A DNA stretch of 64,000 nucleotides from an uncultured Clostridium sp. (GTDB taxonomy: Bacteria; Bacillota; Clostridia; TANB77; CAG-508), in assembly GCA_930991035.1 (NCBI GenBank), contig CAKNRV010000001.1, positions 58,705 through 122,704 of the forward strand. The letters are read 5' to 3'. Numbering within the stretch: position 1 is the stretch's first letter; each line of letters begins with the position of its first letter. A program made the translations under genes and the position numbers. Positions 37,724 through 48,596 of the stretch are shown here, in pieces. The notes beneath the pieces are model-generated. The model was not told where the DNA came from. It saw only the letters and a program-made list of their open reading frames with translations, and did not search any database.

Positions 37724-38452
37724 ATGATTAAAATTGTAATTGCCGAAGGTAATGATATTTTGTATAATCATTTATCTAATATTTCTCTGCAAAATGAACT
37801 AAATATTGAAATAATAAATGTACCCTATTACGAATTAGAAAAAATAATTTGTAAAATCAGACCAAAAGATAATGTAATAATAATTGACTCAAATACTTCA
37901 ATTACATTTTTTAGAAATGTATTGAATAATGCAATGAAACAAATAGATATAAAAAAAGCAAATGTCATTATCTTGGTATTCAATTCTAACAGTATTTCCC
38001 ATACTGAATATCGACATTCCCATTACTTTTTTAAAAATAATACTACACCTATTTTTGACATAGTAAAAATAGTTTCAGATTCACTAAAAGACAGCTTACA
38101 AATAGAACAAAAAATAGATGATCTACTATGGCAATTAGGTTTTTCTACATATTTTAAAGGAAGTATTTACTTAAAAGACGCAATATCACTTGCGTATTCA
38201 AACAAAAAATTACTACTCGATACAAAAACACTTGTGAAAAAAATTGCAAAAAAACATAAGAATAAAAATGAAAAAGTTGTCCGTTCTGATATGGACAAGT
38301 TATTAAATAATGTGCTAAATCTTCGTGATAAAAACAACTTATATGATGTTTTTGGAAAAGATTATGATGGGAGAATAGTTAGTTTAAAATACTTTATTGA
38401 TTTAAGTGTTCGATATTTGGGAAAAGAGAAAAAATACTGTTTAGAAAGCTAA
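37724..38452 (+). CDS. Spo0A C-terminal (DNA-binding) domain protein with a receiver-like N-terminus
   Basis: The ATG at 37724 follows GAGGGAG. The C-terminal LGFSTYFKGSIYLKDAISLAY...VKKIAKKHKNKNEKVVRSDMDKLL resembles the Spo0A_C helix-turn-helix. N-terminal MIKIVIAEGND... is response-regulator-like but atypical. Confidence 0.6.
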   Translation: MIKIVIAEGNDILYNHLSNISLQNELNIEIINVPYYELEKIICKIRPKDNVIIIDSNTSITFFRNVLNNAMKQIDIKKANVIILVFNSNSISHTEYRHSHYFFKNNTTPIFDIVKIVSDSLKDSLQIEQKIDDLLWQLGFSTYFKGSIYLKDAISLAYSNKKLLLDTKTLVKKIAKKHKNKNEKVVRSDMDKLLNNVLNLRDKNNLYDVFGKDYDGRIVSLKYFIDLSVRYLGKEKKYCLES

Positions 38453-38594
38453 AAAAAGAACTACCCTCCATAAAGAAAGTAGTTCCCTACAAACTTCCAT
38501 ACATAGTTTTCTTTAAATTCCAATTTTATGTATGGAATATCTATAATAAAAGGGGATGTTTTGTGCTAATTGTTTCAGCTACAATTAGCACTGT

Positions 38595-39323
38595 TTATTT
38601 TTTGTCTGATACACTTTCTATAATATTGCTTGTTAAATGTGTTTTATCTACTTTTTTCATCACAAATATTATTATTCCTACTATTAAAAAAGTGATAGCA
38701 TAAATTATTATACTAAATTGCCAATTTCCTTTTACTAAATTTGCTCCTGCAATAGTGGAGGAAATTATAGATGGAAATCTTACAAATGTTGAAATCATAA
38801 TAAATCTTAATGGTTTTATTGGTAATAAACCTGCTATATATACTAAAATATCTTTTGGTGTTCCAGGTATTAAAAATAAAATTAACATTATATATTCTAA
38901 CTTTCTTGGATTTTTGAATAACTTGCTATTTTCTATTTTCTCTGTTCTTTCTTTACTACACATTCCATATACAAACTCTCTACCGAATTTTCTAACTAAA
39001 AAGAAAATTAGTGTTGTTGTAACAAATACGGAAAAAGTTATAAATAACAAGCCACCTATTGCACCATAGCACATTCCTGCAAGTATTTCTATTGGTTCTC
39101 CTGGTAATATTGGTAAAAAAATTTGAGCCATTTGTAATCCTAACAATATAAATACTCCCATTATTCCATTATTTTCAATTTCAACTTTAAAACTTTCTCT
39201 ACCTGCTTCTGTAAATAATTTTGAGATTATAGGAAATAAATATAAAGTCAGTCCTATAAGCAAAAGTATTGTAATAATAGATATTATTATTTTGAATATT
39301 TTTATTTTCCTTTTAGAACTCAT
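38595..39323 (-). CDS. TVP38/TMEM64 (DedA-related) family membrane protein
   Basis: 242 aa multi-pass membrane protein with FLPILPGEPIEILAGMCYG and LIPGTPKD motifs. Confidence 0.65.
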   Translation of the reverse strand: MSSKRKIKIFKIIISIITILLLIGLTLYLFPIISKLFTEAGRESFKVEIENNGIMGVFILLGLQMAQIFLPILPGEPIEILAGMCYGAIGGLLFITFSVFVTTTLIFFLVRKFGREFVYGMCSKERTEKIENSKLFKNPRKLEYIMLILFLIPGTPKDILVYIAGLLPIKPLRFIMISTFVRFPSIISSTIAGANLVKGNWQFSIIIYAITFLIVGIIIFVMKKVDKTHLTSNIIESVSDKK

Positions 39324-40002
39324 CTATTACTACCTCCTTTGCATTAGAATATATTTCCCTTAATTTTGAGTCTGGATAATATTTATCAAGGAATATATCA
39401 ACTTTTCCTTCAGGTTGTATATTTTTTCTTCTTTCTAAATGTCTTACTCCTGCCAATCCTGAAATAGTAATGTCAAATATAATAAATACCATAAATATAA
39501 CAGTAATAATTTTAAAACTTTTATATTTATATCCAATATCTAATTTGTCTAAATGTGGAAGTATATATTTTACAAATAATAAACCTCCTATTCCCCAATA
39601 AATACAATGTAATAAACTTGTTCTGCCGTTTATATTAAATGGTAAATTCCTATAATCCCAAGATATAGTTCCAAATAACTTTTCTTGAAATAATGAAAAC
39701 AGATATTCTATCAAGCCTCCTAATATCATTGATATTACAAATATTTTTATATTGTTTTTATTTTTTATTTTACCAATAACTAAATAATATGTAACCAATC
39801 CAACTCCATAAACTTGTATAAAAGGACCTATTAAAAGTCCTTGCCTTGATACAAAACGCCCATTTTGAACAAGTCCTACAATCATTTCAATAATATATCC
39901 TAAAATACTGCCAATTATAAATATCCAAAAAATTTTAGAAGTTTTTTGATATATACATTTTTTATTTGTTTCTACAATATTTAATTCTTCTACTTTCTCC
40001 AT
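39313..40002 (-). CDS. Multi-pass membrane protein (putative ABC-transporter-type-IV-like / DUF1113-like)
   Basis: 229 aa with about 6 TM segments. The family assignment is tentative. Confidence 0.45.
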   Translation of the reverse strand: MEKVEELNIVETNKKCIYQKTSKIFWIFIIGSILGYIIEMIVGLVQNGRFVSRQGLLIGPFIQVYGVGLVTYYLVIGKIKNKNNIKIFVISMILGGLIEYLFSLFQEKLFGTISWDYRNLPFNINGRTSLLHCIYWGIGGLLFVKYILPHLDKLDIGYKYKSFKIITVIFMVFIIFDITISGLAGVRHLERRKNIQPEGKVDIFLDKYYPDSKLREIYSNAKEVVIDEF

Positions 40003-40124
40003 TTTTTACACCTTAATATTATTATAATATTAGATTCTTATAATTCTTTTTGCTTTTCTTAATTTTCTATGAATTTCTTTTAAATATTTTATTACTTAAA
40101 TAATAGCAGAAATGTTGATATATT

Positions 40125-40146
40125 AAAATTACAGTTTTGTAATAAA
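40125..40146. promoter_or_regulatory. Candidate response-regulator operator (TTACA-N4-TGTAA) within a 60-bp promoter block duplicated at 49396-49455
   Basis: The 22-bp stretch aaaattacagttttgtaataaa is identical at 40125-40146 and 49434-49455. The 15-bp stretch ttttattacttaaat is identical at 40087-40101 and 49396-49410. On the minus strand the block ends in a -10-like TATTAT/TATAAT. Confidence 0.6.
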
Positions 40147-40192
40147 TATTGCTCTATATCACAAATATATAGAGCAATATTATTTATAACTT

Positions 40193-42259
40193 TTATCTTC
40201 TTTCCTCTATATTCCTATTAAATTGAATATATGTTGCAATAAAGTAAATTCCATAAACTAATACAAACATTCCAAGTATTATTCCAATATTTCTTATAAC
40301 TTCTTCTATCGTAATTGCTGATAAAACAGTTTTACTTACAATTAGAGTTGTTGGAATCCCAATAAAGACAGGTATTATCATTGGAATTACAAAATAAAAT
40401 AATAATTGTTTTAATATCATCTTGTTTATATCTTTTTTATCCATTCCTAATTTTTGCAATAAATCATATCTATATTTATATTTTTCCGAATCACTTAATT
40501 GTTGTATTGCAAGTAATGTAGCTGTTGCCATTACAAATATAAGAGCTAGATAAAATGCTAGGAAAGATACTATTGTATACATTGACCTTGTTTGACTTGT
40601 TCTTGCTCCTTTTGTTATTACACTTCCGTTTTGAATTTCTATTGTATATGTAACTTCTTCTCCATCTACTACTTCTGTTACTGGTATATATTCCTTATCT
40701 ATACAGTCATTTAATCCGTCATAAAATTCTTCACTTGTTGTTTCTTCTGTTTCTACAACTAATTTATATATATATCCTTCACTAGATAATTTTTCATTTT
40801 TATTTCTTACTATTTCATCTTCTTGACTGATTTCCTCAATTAAATTATCTGGAACTATAATTGTATAATAATCTCCATTAAATCCTACTTGACCAATATT
40901 TTCATCTTCAATTTCTTTGATTTTCATATTTTTATTTGCAATTTGTAGAGAATTATTTTTATCTGCATATTCTTCAACTTTTCTTTTTACAGTTTTCAAA
41001 GTATTCACAACAACTTCATTATCTTGTAATTCTATTTTATCTGCTCCTACCATTTCTCTAAGTTTATTATAATCAGTTAAAGATAATACAGAATCATATC
41101 CATAAGAGGCTACACCTCTGAAATTCGTTTCTGCTAGTCCCTGTGCTATACCTGTGCTATTTATATAATAAATTCTATACTCATACATATTTTTTACTTG
41201 TGCATTTTTTTCAATATATTCTTTAAATTTAGTAAAATCATCATTATTTGATTGTAACAATATTTCACAAGGATAACTCATTTCTATTTCATTATTAAGT
41301 ATATTGTTATATAGTAAAGCTACATTTCCACCAATAAATATAAGCATAAACATTAAAGCAATTATTGATATTGTAATTGTCATTGTATTTATTTTTGATG
41401 TTAAATTTCTATATAGGAACATATTATTTTTCTTATATTTTCTACTTTTATTATCCAAATATCTTTTTACTAAAAAGCTCGTAATTCCTTTATAAAATAA
41501 AAATACTCCTATAATTAACATTATAATTGCAACAACTACTAAATCTGCTTTTTCATTTGCGTTAATTTTATCAACTTGCCCATTTGCAATAAACAATGCT
41601 CCTATCATTAGAATTAGTGATAAAATAAATATGATAGCATTTCCTTTTATATTTTTTATTATATTATTTTCATTTTTCTTCTCTGCATATAATAAATCAT
41701 ATACTTTTGTTTTCTTTATTTTTCTTCTACAATTCCACAATACCAAAATAAATGTTATGAAGAAAAATATTGCTGTTTTACCTACTGCTCCCCAATTAAA
41801 AGTTATTCCTATTTGGTATGGCTGATTAAATAAATTCATTATTATAGAAGTTAAAATTTGATAAAGAAATACCCCTAAACCAATACCAATTACAAATGCT
41901 AAAACGCCGATTACCATATTTTCTAATGTAAATACATTAGCTATATCTTTTTTCTCTAATCCTAATATTTGATATGTTCCAAATTCTTTACTTCTTTTTT
42001 CAAGCATAAATTTCATTGTATAATTTATTAACCAAGCCATTATCAATATAATAACTACACTTATACCTGTTATATATTTAGAAAAATCTTTTAACATTGT
42101 TGATAAGTCGCTTATATCTTCTGAAACAGCAATAGAATTAAAACTAAACATTAGTGCAACTGATATAGCAACTGTAATAAAATAAATTATATAATCTTTT
42201 GCTTGCCTTTTTGCATTTCTAATAGATAATTTACCTAACATCTCTTGTATCACCTCCAA
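40193..42259 (-). CDS. BceB-type ABC transporter permease (FtsX domains, large extracellular loop), module 1
   Basis: 688 aa with 10 predicted TM segments and a central soluble domain of about 200 aa. Overlaps the upstream ATPase gene. Confidence 0.85.
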   Translation of the reverse strand: MEVIQEMLGKLSIRNAKRQAKDYIIYFITVAISVALMFSFNSIAVSEDISDLSTMLKDFSKYITGISVVIILIMAWLINYTMKFMLEKRSKEFGTYQILGLEKKDIANVFTLENMVIGVLAFVIGIGLGVFLYQILTSIIMNLFNQPYQIGITFNWGAVGKTAIFFFITFILVLWNCRRKIKKTKVYDLLYAEKKNENNIIKNIKGNAIIFILSLILMIGALFIANGQVDKINANEKADLVVVAIIMLIIGVFLFYKGITSFLVKRYLDNKSRKYKKNNMFLYRNLTSKINTMTITISIIALMFMLIFIGGNVALLYNNILNNEIEMSYPCEILLQSNNDDFTKFKEYIEKNAQVKNMYEYRIYYINSTGIAQGLAETNFRGVASYGYDSVLSLTDYNKLREMVGADKIELQDNEVVVNTLKTVKRKVEEYADKNNSLQIANKNMKIKEIEDENIGQVGFNGDYYTIIVPDNLIEEISQEDEIVRNKNEKLSSEGYIYKLVVETEETTSEEFYDGLNDCIDKEYIPVTEVVDGEEVTYTIEIQNGSVITKGARTSQTRSMYTIVSFLAFYLALIFVMATATLLAIQQLSDSEKYKYRYDLLQKLGMDKKDINKMILKQLLFYFVIPMIIPVFIGIPTTLIVSKTVLSAITIEEVIRNIGIILGMFVLVYGIYFIATYIQFNRNIEERR

Positions 42260-43007
42260 GAAGTGCTAACACATCTAATATTTCATTATAAAATTGTTTT
42301 CTCTCTTTCTCGCCTTTTTCTATTTTGTTAAAAATCTTTCCGTCTTTTAAAAATAATATTTTACTACAATAACTTGCTGACAATGGATCGTGTGTAACCA
42401 TTAAAATTGTTGCTTTCATTTTCTTGTTCATATCTTCCATTATTTCTAATAATTGCCTTGCTGATTTAGAGTCTAACGCTCCTGTTGGCTCATCTGCTAA
42501 TATTATTTTGGGAGAATTTACTATTGCTCTTGCAGAAGCACATCTTTGTTTTTGTCCTCCTGATACTTGATATGGATATTTATTCAAAATATCTTCTATT
42601 CCTAATCTTTTTGCAATTTCCATTGTTTTTTTATCAATTTCTTTTTCTGGAATTTTGTTAATTGTTAATATTAGTGCAATATTTTCTTCTATTGTTAATG
42701 TATCTAATAAATTAAAATCTTGAAAAATAAATCCTAAATTTTCTCTCCTGAATTTTGCTATGTCTTTTTCTTTTATTTCTGTTATATCTCTTTTATTCAG
42801 ATAGATGTGTCCACTACTCACATTATCTATTGTAGCAATACAGTTAAGTAATGTTGTTTTTCCACTTCCACTAGCACCCATTATTCCTATAAATTCGCCT
42901 TCTTCTACTTCAAAGCTAATGCCATCTATCGCTTTTGTAATATTGTCTTTATTTCCATAGTATTTTTGTATTTGGTCTACTCTTAAAATTTTTTCCAAAT
43001 CAATCAA
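42231..43007 (-). CDS. BceA-type ABC transporter ATP-binding protein, module 1
   Basis: Walker A GASGSGKTT, signature VSGGQKQR, Walker B ILADEPTGALD. TTG start after AAGGAG. Confidence 0.9.
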   Translation of the reverse strand: MIDLEKILRVDQIQKYYGNKDNITKAIDGISFEVEEGEFIGIMGASGSGKTTLLNCIATIDNVSSGHIYLNKRDITEIKEKDIAKFRRENLGFIFQDFNLLDTLTIEENIALILTINKIPEKEIDKKTMEIAKRLGIEDILNKYPYQVSGGQKQRCASARAIVNSPKIILADEPTGALDSKSARQLLEIMEDMNKKMKATILMVTHDPLSASYCSKILFLKDGKIFNKIEKGEKERKQFYNEILDVLALLGGDTRDVR

Positions 43008-43078
43008 CTCCTTATCTTTATTCTTACAATTATTATAAAATCTTTTTCTTGGCTTTCATATAGAATTAACTTGCATTT

Positions 43079-43098
43079 ATCTTAAAATTTTGTAAGAT
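43079..43098. promoter_or_regulatory. Candidate operator ATCTTA-N8-TAAGAT upstream of the module 1 ABC genes
   Basis: atcttaaaattttgtaagat read directly. Its core TTAaAaTTTTGTAA resembles TTAcAgTTTTGTAA at 40129 and 49438. Confidence 0.45.
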
Positions 43099-43128
43099 AA
43101 AAAATTCCCCTTTACAATATGCAAGGGG

Positions 43129-44136
43129 TTAGTCTATTCTCTTATTTCTTGGTATTACTATTGTTATTTCTGTAAATTCATTCTCTTTACTTTTTGCTGT
43201 TATATTCATATCTAATTCTTCACATAATCTTTTGCACAAATATAAGCCTATTCCTGTTGATTTTTTTTGATTTCTTCCATTAGTTCCTGTAAAGCCTTTA
43301 TCAAAAATTCTATTTATTTCACTTTCTTTAATTCCTTTTCCATTATCTTTAATCTTCAAATGCACATTTCCCTTGTTATCTATACTTGATATAGTAATTA
43401 CTGCATTTTGTTCTTTTTTATATTTTATACTATTTATAATAACCTGATTTAAAATAAATTCTAACCATTTTTCATCTGAATAAACATCTAACGCTATATC
43501 TTTTACTTCTACTTTTATATTATTTTGTATCATTATCTTTTTGTTTCTTGCTAATACATTTCGCACCACATCTGCTAAATTTATCTTTCGTATCATAAAA
43601 TCATTTGATACTTGATCTAATCTTGCATAAAATAATGCTTGTTCAACATAATTGTTAATTTTTTCTACTTCCTCATCTATTTTATTTGTAATTTCTGATT
43701 TATTATTTTCACATAACAGTTTTGTGGATGTTATCGGCAATTTTATTTCGTGTACCCAACTTTCTATATAATCTTTATAATCTTTTTGAGCCATTCTTGT
43801 CTTTGTTATATTTTCAAGCATTGATTTATTTGTTCTTTTTAAAATGTTATAATATGCCAAATCTTCTTCTCTTTTTGGCTTTTCCATTATTTCTGATATT
43901 AAATACTTTTCTTCTAAACCGTCTATTATATTATTTATTTCATTTATATATTTGTTTTTTCTTAAATAATTTACAATAAAACCTATACTCGCAAATACAA
44001 ATGATATTGCAATTATAACAATAATAAAGTTATGATTTATTTGCATTGCTTCAGCATAAAAAATTACGATTAAACAATATACAATAAAGGCTAATATGTA
44101 ACTTGCCTTGTCTTTCATATATCCAAGAAAACTCAT
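43129..44136 (-). CDS. BceS-type intramembrane-sensing histidine kinase, module 1
   Basis: Two N-terminal TM helices with almost no external loop, H-box SWVHEIKLPIT and ATPase motifs DNGKGI...GTGIGL. Confidence 0.85.
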   Translation of the reverse strand: MSFLGYMKDKASYILAFIVYCLIVIFYAEAMQINHNFIIVIIAISFVFASIGFIVNYLRKNKYINEINNIIDGLEEKYLISEIMEKPKREEDLAYYNILKRTNKSMLENITKTRMAQKDYKDYIESWVHEIKLPITSTKLLCENNKSEITNKIDEEVEKINNYVEQALFYARLDQVSNDFMIRKINLADVVRNVLARNKKIMIQNNIKVEVKDIALDVYSDEKWLEFILNQVIINSIKYKKEQNAVITISSIDNKGNVHLKIKDNGKGIKESEINRIFDKGFTGTNGRNQKKSTGIGLYLCKRLCEELDMNITAKSKENEFTEITIVIPRNKRID

Positions 44137-44804
44137 AATTTATAACCTTGTCCTCTCTTTGTTTCAATTAAATTTTCTATTCCAATTTCTTTTAATTTTT
44201 CTCTTATTCTGGTAATTACAACACTTAAACTATTATCATCTGCATATATTTCATTATCCCATAAAAAGTCAATAATATCAGTTCTTGCTATAATTCTATC
44301 AGTATGTGTAAATAAATAGTATAAAACTTTTAATTCTGTTTTTGTTAATTCTATTTCTTTGCCATTAAATATTACTTGTGATTTAAAAATGTCTATTTTA
44401 ATATTTTTATATTCTATTACATTGTTTTCTTCTTTTTTATTAGAATATGTCCTATTTAATAAATTCTGTATTCTTGCTAATAATATTGGAACATTATATG
44501 GTTTTTCTATATAATCATCTCCACCTATCATTATTCCATTTAACTCGTCCATAGAGTTATTTCTACTTGTTACAAATATAATTGGAATATTAGACTTTGT
44601 TCTAATTTTACTGCATATTTCATATCCATTTTTATTGGGTAAATTTACATCTAATAAAACTAAATGTGTTTCAGTTTCTAATACTTGCTTTTCAACATTT
44701 TCAAAATCTGTTATTATATTTATTTTGTATCCACTATTTTGTAAAAGAATTTTTAATTCTTCTCTTACTTCTGAATCATCTTCTATTATTGTAATATTAT
44801 ACAT
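44133..44804 (-). CDS. OmpR-family response regulator (BceR-type), module 1
   Basis: Receiver domain (LLDVNLP) plus a winged-helix C-terminus (...TKRGQGYKL). Confidence 0.9.
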   Translation of the reverse strand: MYNITIIEDDSEVREELKILLQNSGYKINIITDFENVEKQVLETETHLVLLDVNLPNKNGYEICSKIRTKSNIPIIFVTSRNNSMDELNGIMIGGDDYIEKPYNVPILLARIQNLLNRTYSNKKEENNVIEYKNIKIDIFKSQVIFNGKEIELTKTELKVLYYLFTHTDRIIARTDIIDFLWDNEIYADDNSLSVVITRIREKLKEIGIENLIETKRGQGYKL

Positions 44805-44889
44805 AATTTCCTCACTTATATTTTTTATTTTTCATTCTAATAATAGCATAAAAGCAAGTAATTATCAAATAACTACTTGCTTTTATCAA

Positions 44890-45894
44890 TTAGTCATCTA
44901 TATTATGCAATTTACTTTTCGGAAAAGTTATAACTAATTTTGTAAATTCAGTTTCTTTTGACTGTATTTGTAACTGTAATCCTAATCTATCACTCAATTT
45001 TTTTGATAAATACAATCCCATACCTGTTGAATGTTCTTTTTTTCGGTTTGTTCCTGTAAAGCCTTTTTCAAATACTCTTAACAAGTCTGATTCTTTAATT
45101 CCACACCCATTATCTTTAATAAATAATCTCACATTATTATCATTATTCTCTCCACATATTTCTATCTCTTTTTTGTCTTTATCCAAATATTTTATTGAAT
45201 TTTGAATAATTTGAGATATGATAAATATAAGCCATTTTTCATCTGTAAATACTGTATAATCTATATCGTGAATATTCAAAATTATTTTTTTATCTAACAT
45301 ATAATATCTATATTTTAAAATAACAGTATGAATAAGCTCTGCTAATTCTATCTCTTTTACAAAATAATCTTTTTCAGTATTGCCACTCCTTGCATAATAT
45401 AGCATTTGCTCTACTAATTGGTTTATTTTATCAATTTCTTGTTTTAAACTATAATCTTTATTATTATCTAATGTAAGTGATATAGCTGATATTGGTGTTT
45501 TTATCTCGTGAGCAAAACTTTCAACATATTCTTGATAATCTGCACTTTCTTTTTCTAATTCACTAATTTTATCATTCATAGCTTTGCAAGCCTGTTTTAG
45601 TGCATAATAATAACTTTGACTTTCTATATCTGTTGGATTGTCTATAATTTCAGTTATTAAATATTTTTCTTCTAAATTATCTACTAATGATATTATTTTT
45701 TCATATCTTCTTTTTTGTTTGCTATACTCTATAATTAAATATAGAAACATAAAAAATGCTAATATTACTATCGTTAATACGATATATACACTTTTAATTC
45801 CTATCATTGAAAAGATAAAAGTAATTACAATTAAAAAAATTATTTGCTCTAAAACTAAAAATATCTTTTCTTCTAAAAATGTTATAAATTTCAT
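44890..45894 (-). CDS. BceS-type histidine kinase, module 2
   Basis: Two TM helices, H-box SFAHEIKTPIS, DNGCGI...GTGMGL. Confidence 0.85.
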   Translation of the reverse strand: MKFITFLEEKIFLVLEQIIFLIVITFIFSMIGIKSVYIVLTIVILAFFMFLYLIIEYSKQKRRYEKIISLVDNLEEKYLITEIIDNPTDIESQSYYYALKQACKAMNDKISELEKESADYQEYVESFAHEIKTPISAISLTLDNNKDYSLKQEIDKINQLVEQMLYYARSGNTEKDYFVKEIELAELIHTVILKYRYYMLDKKIILNIHDIDYTVFTDEKWLIFIISQIIQNSIKYLDKDKKEIEICGENNDNNVRLFIKDNGCGIKESDLLRVFEKGFTGTNRKKEHSTGMGLYLSKKLSDRLGLQLQIQSKETEFTKLVITFPKSKLHNIDD

Positions 45895-46562
45895 AGTTTA
45901 TAACCCTTTCCTCGAACATTTTCCAATAAATCTTTTATTCCTATTTCTTCTGCTTTTTTTCTTAACCTATTTATATTTACAAGTAATATATTTTCATCTA
46001 AATAATATTTATCATTCCATAATTTTTCCAATAATTCTTCTTTTGAAATTATCCTATTGTCATTCATAAAGAAATAATATAATATTCTAAATTCATTACG
46101 AGTAAGTTCTATTTCTTTATTATCATATTTTAATATAGATAAATGTAAATCTAATATATATCCTTTTTTAGTAATTTCCTTAAAATTCATTGGATTACTT
46201 AAATTTATTGCTCTTTTTATTTTTTCTAATAATATTATTGTATCATAAGGTTTTGTAATAAAATCTATTCCCCCTACTTTTATACTCATTATTTCATCTT
46301 CTGTACTATCTCTACTTGTAACAAATATAATTGGAATATTATTGTTTTCTTTTATTTTTCGACATATTTCATAACCATTTTCAAATGGTAAGTTTATATC
46401 TAAAAGAACTAAATTTACTTCACTATTTTTAATTAGTAATGGTATATTTTCAAAGTTGTTAAATGCTATTATTTCATAACCATTATTTTTAAGTAATTTT
46501 GATAATTCTTCACGAATTTTCATATCATCTTCTACTATTGCAATTTTCATATTTTCCTCCAC
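45891..46562 (-). CDS. OmpR-family response regulator (BceR-type), module 2
   Basis: Receiver domain (LLDINLP) plus winged helix (...NVRGKGYKL). Confidence 0.9.
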   Translation of the reverse strand: MEENMKIAIVEDDMKIREELSKLLKNNGYEIIAFNNFENIPLLIKNSEVNLVLLDINLPFENGYEICRKIKENNNIPIIFVTSRDSTEDEIMSIKVGGIDFITKPYDTIILLEKIKRAINLSNPMNFKEITKKGYILDLHLSILKYDNKEIELTRNEFRILYYFFMNDNRIISKEELLEKLWNDKYYLDENILLVNINRLRKKAEEIGIKDLLENVRGKGYKL

Positions 46563-46607
46563 TTTTTATATTATACTATATTTTGTCAAAAGAAAGCTAG
46601 TTCAATG

Positions 46608-48596
46608 CTAGCTTTCCTTTAAGTTTCTTTTAAATTCAAAATATGTTGCTATATAGTAAATTATATAAATTACTAAAAATACTGCTAATCCTCCAAAATA
46701 ATATGATAAGTATGTATATTCGCTTGGCAATAATGTTTTATTTACATTATTTATTGATGTTATTAAACAAAAACTTATAATTATTGGGTAAATTATAGGT
46801 AGTCCAAACAATACCAATAATTGTTTCCTTATAGTTTTATATATTTTTTCTTTTCTTATGCCTAATCTATTTAATACATCATATCTGTATTTATATTTTG
46901 TAGAATCTGTTAAACTTTGAATTGCAAGTATTGTACCAACTGACGCAATAAATATAAATGCCATATATAAGCATATTGAACAAACAATAGTTACCATTGT
47001 ATTTGTTTCTTCTATAAGAGTTCCCCTAACAGTAACTTTATATGTTAAAAAATCTTCTCCATCTTCATCAATATATATTAAATATTTTTTCATTCTTTCT
47101 TCTATTTTAGTTTCTAGTTCTGCTTTTGTTTTTTCCTTTGTATTAACAATTAAATGGCTTTCTTCTATTTCAAGATTTTTTACTGCTTCATCTGGTACTA
47201 TAAGTGTATAAGATTTGTTAGAAAGATTTATCCAAAAACCTTCTGTAAAAATTTCTTTTTGTTTTAATTTTATACCATTAGACATAGTTAGTTCTTTGAT
47301 AGAAGTAAGTCCCTCTATATATACATTTTCAGGTATATCTGCTATTATACTATATTCATCACTATTTAGAGTAATTGTATCTAATCCTCTTAATTCTTGT
47401 AATTTATTATAATCACTTAGCCTAATTACTGCATCATATCTATTTTCTTCACTCGTATAACTATAATAATCCTCTGTTTTTAATATATTTGCTGATTTAT
47501 CTTTATATATATCATAGATATATTCATCTTTTATTGTATAATCTTCTTTTATAACTTCTAAAAATTCTGGTAAATTTTCTTTTTCATTTGCAACTGATAC
47601 TTCATAAGGTGTTTCTAAATTTATTTGATAATCATACATACCTTTGTACAAACTAGACATATTTAAGAAAAATAATGTAAGGGTAATTAGCATAGATAGT
47701 GTTCCTAATGTAAAGCCCATAGTTCTCGCTTTTGATGAAAATGTCCTTGCAACAAATAAATTATCTTTTTTGTATTTAATGCTTTTATTATTAAAAATTA
47801 CAAATAAAATAAAGTCTGAAATGCTTATCATTATTCCATATATACTTATTATTATCAAAAACATACTTATAGCAAGATAATTCATTATTGATTGATCTGC
47901 TAATTTATCAAATTGAAATTGTGAGTTCCATATATATAATCCTAAAATTCCTAAAATAACACTTGCAATAAATATAATTGTACGGTGTTTTTTCTTTTTC
48001 ATTATCTTTTCTTCATTTTGTTTTTCTAAATAAAGTAATTCGTGTATGTTAATTTTTTTCATTCTTCTATTGGCTCTAAACAAAACTAATATATATATAA
48101 TTGCAAAATATAATACTAATAAACCAATAGAAGCTAAATTTAATTCTATAAATATTGCTTGTGGTAGCCCTAGTAAACTAACAATTATCATTGACATAAA
48201 TTGGCTTACTATAAAGCCAATAGGAATTGCAATTACTAATGCAATTAAGCCTATCAATAAGTTTTCTAATAAGAACATTTTTGTTATTTTCTTCTTTTTT
48301 ATACCTAATAACATATACATACCAAACTCTTTACTTCTCTTTTGAAACATAAATCTTGTTGTATAATTTATTAGATAACTAATAACCAGTATTACTATTG
48401 CATTTATTCCATATAATACATAAGCGAATGTATCTAAACCTTTCGATAAATCTATTACTGCCTTTGAGCTTGATACTAAATTTAATGCAAATATCAAAGA
48501 AAATGATATAGTAATTGTTATTAAATAAATAATATAATCTTTTATACTTCTTTTTACATTTCTAAAAGCTATTTTACTTAACATTACCCACATCAC
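46608..48596 (-). CDS. BceB-type ABC transporter permease, module 2
   Basis: 662 aa. Same architecture as module 1, with a similar N-terminus (FRNVKRSIKDYIIYLITI). Confidence 0.85.
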   Translation of the reverse strand: MMWVMLSKIAFRNVKRSIKDYIIYLITITISFSLIFALNLVSSSKAVIDLSKGLDTFAYVLYGINAIVILVISYLINYTTRFMFQKRSKEFGMYMLLGIKKKKITKMFLLENLLIGLIALVIAIPIGFIVSQFMSMIIVSLLGLPQAIFIELNLASIGLLVLYFAIIYILVLFRANRRMKKINIHELLYLEKQNEEKIMKKKKHRTIIFIASVILGILGLYIWNSQFQFDKLADQSIMNYLAISMFLIIISIYGIMISISDFILFVIFNNKSIKYKKDNLFVARTFSSKARTMGFTLGTLSMLITLTLFFLNMSSLYKGMYDYQINLETPYEVSVANEKENLPEFLEVIKEDYTIKDEYIYDIYKDKSANILKTEDYYSYTSEENRYDAVIRLSDYNKLQELRGLDTITLNSDEYSIIADIPENVYIEGLTSIKELTMSNGIKLKQKEIFTEGFWINLSNKSYTLIVPDEAVKNLEIEESHLIVNTKEKTKAELETKIEERMKKYLIYIDEDGEDFLTYKVTVRGTLIEETNTMVTIVCSICLYMAFIFIASVGTILAIQSLTDSTKYKYRYDVLNRLGIRKEKIYKTIRKQLLVLFGLPIIYPIIISFCLITSINNVNKTLLPSEYTYLSYYFGGLAVFLVIYIIYYIATYFEFKRNLKES

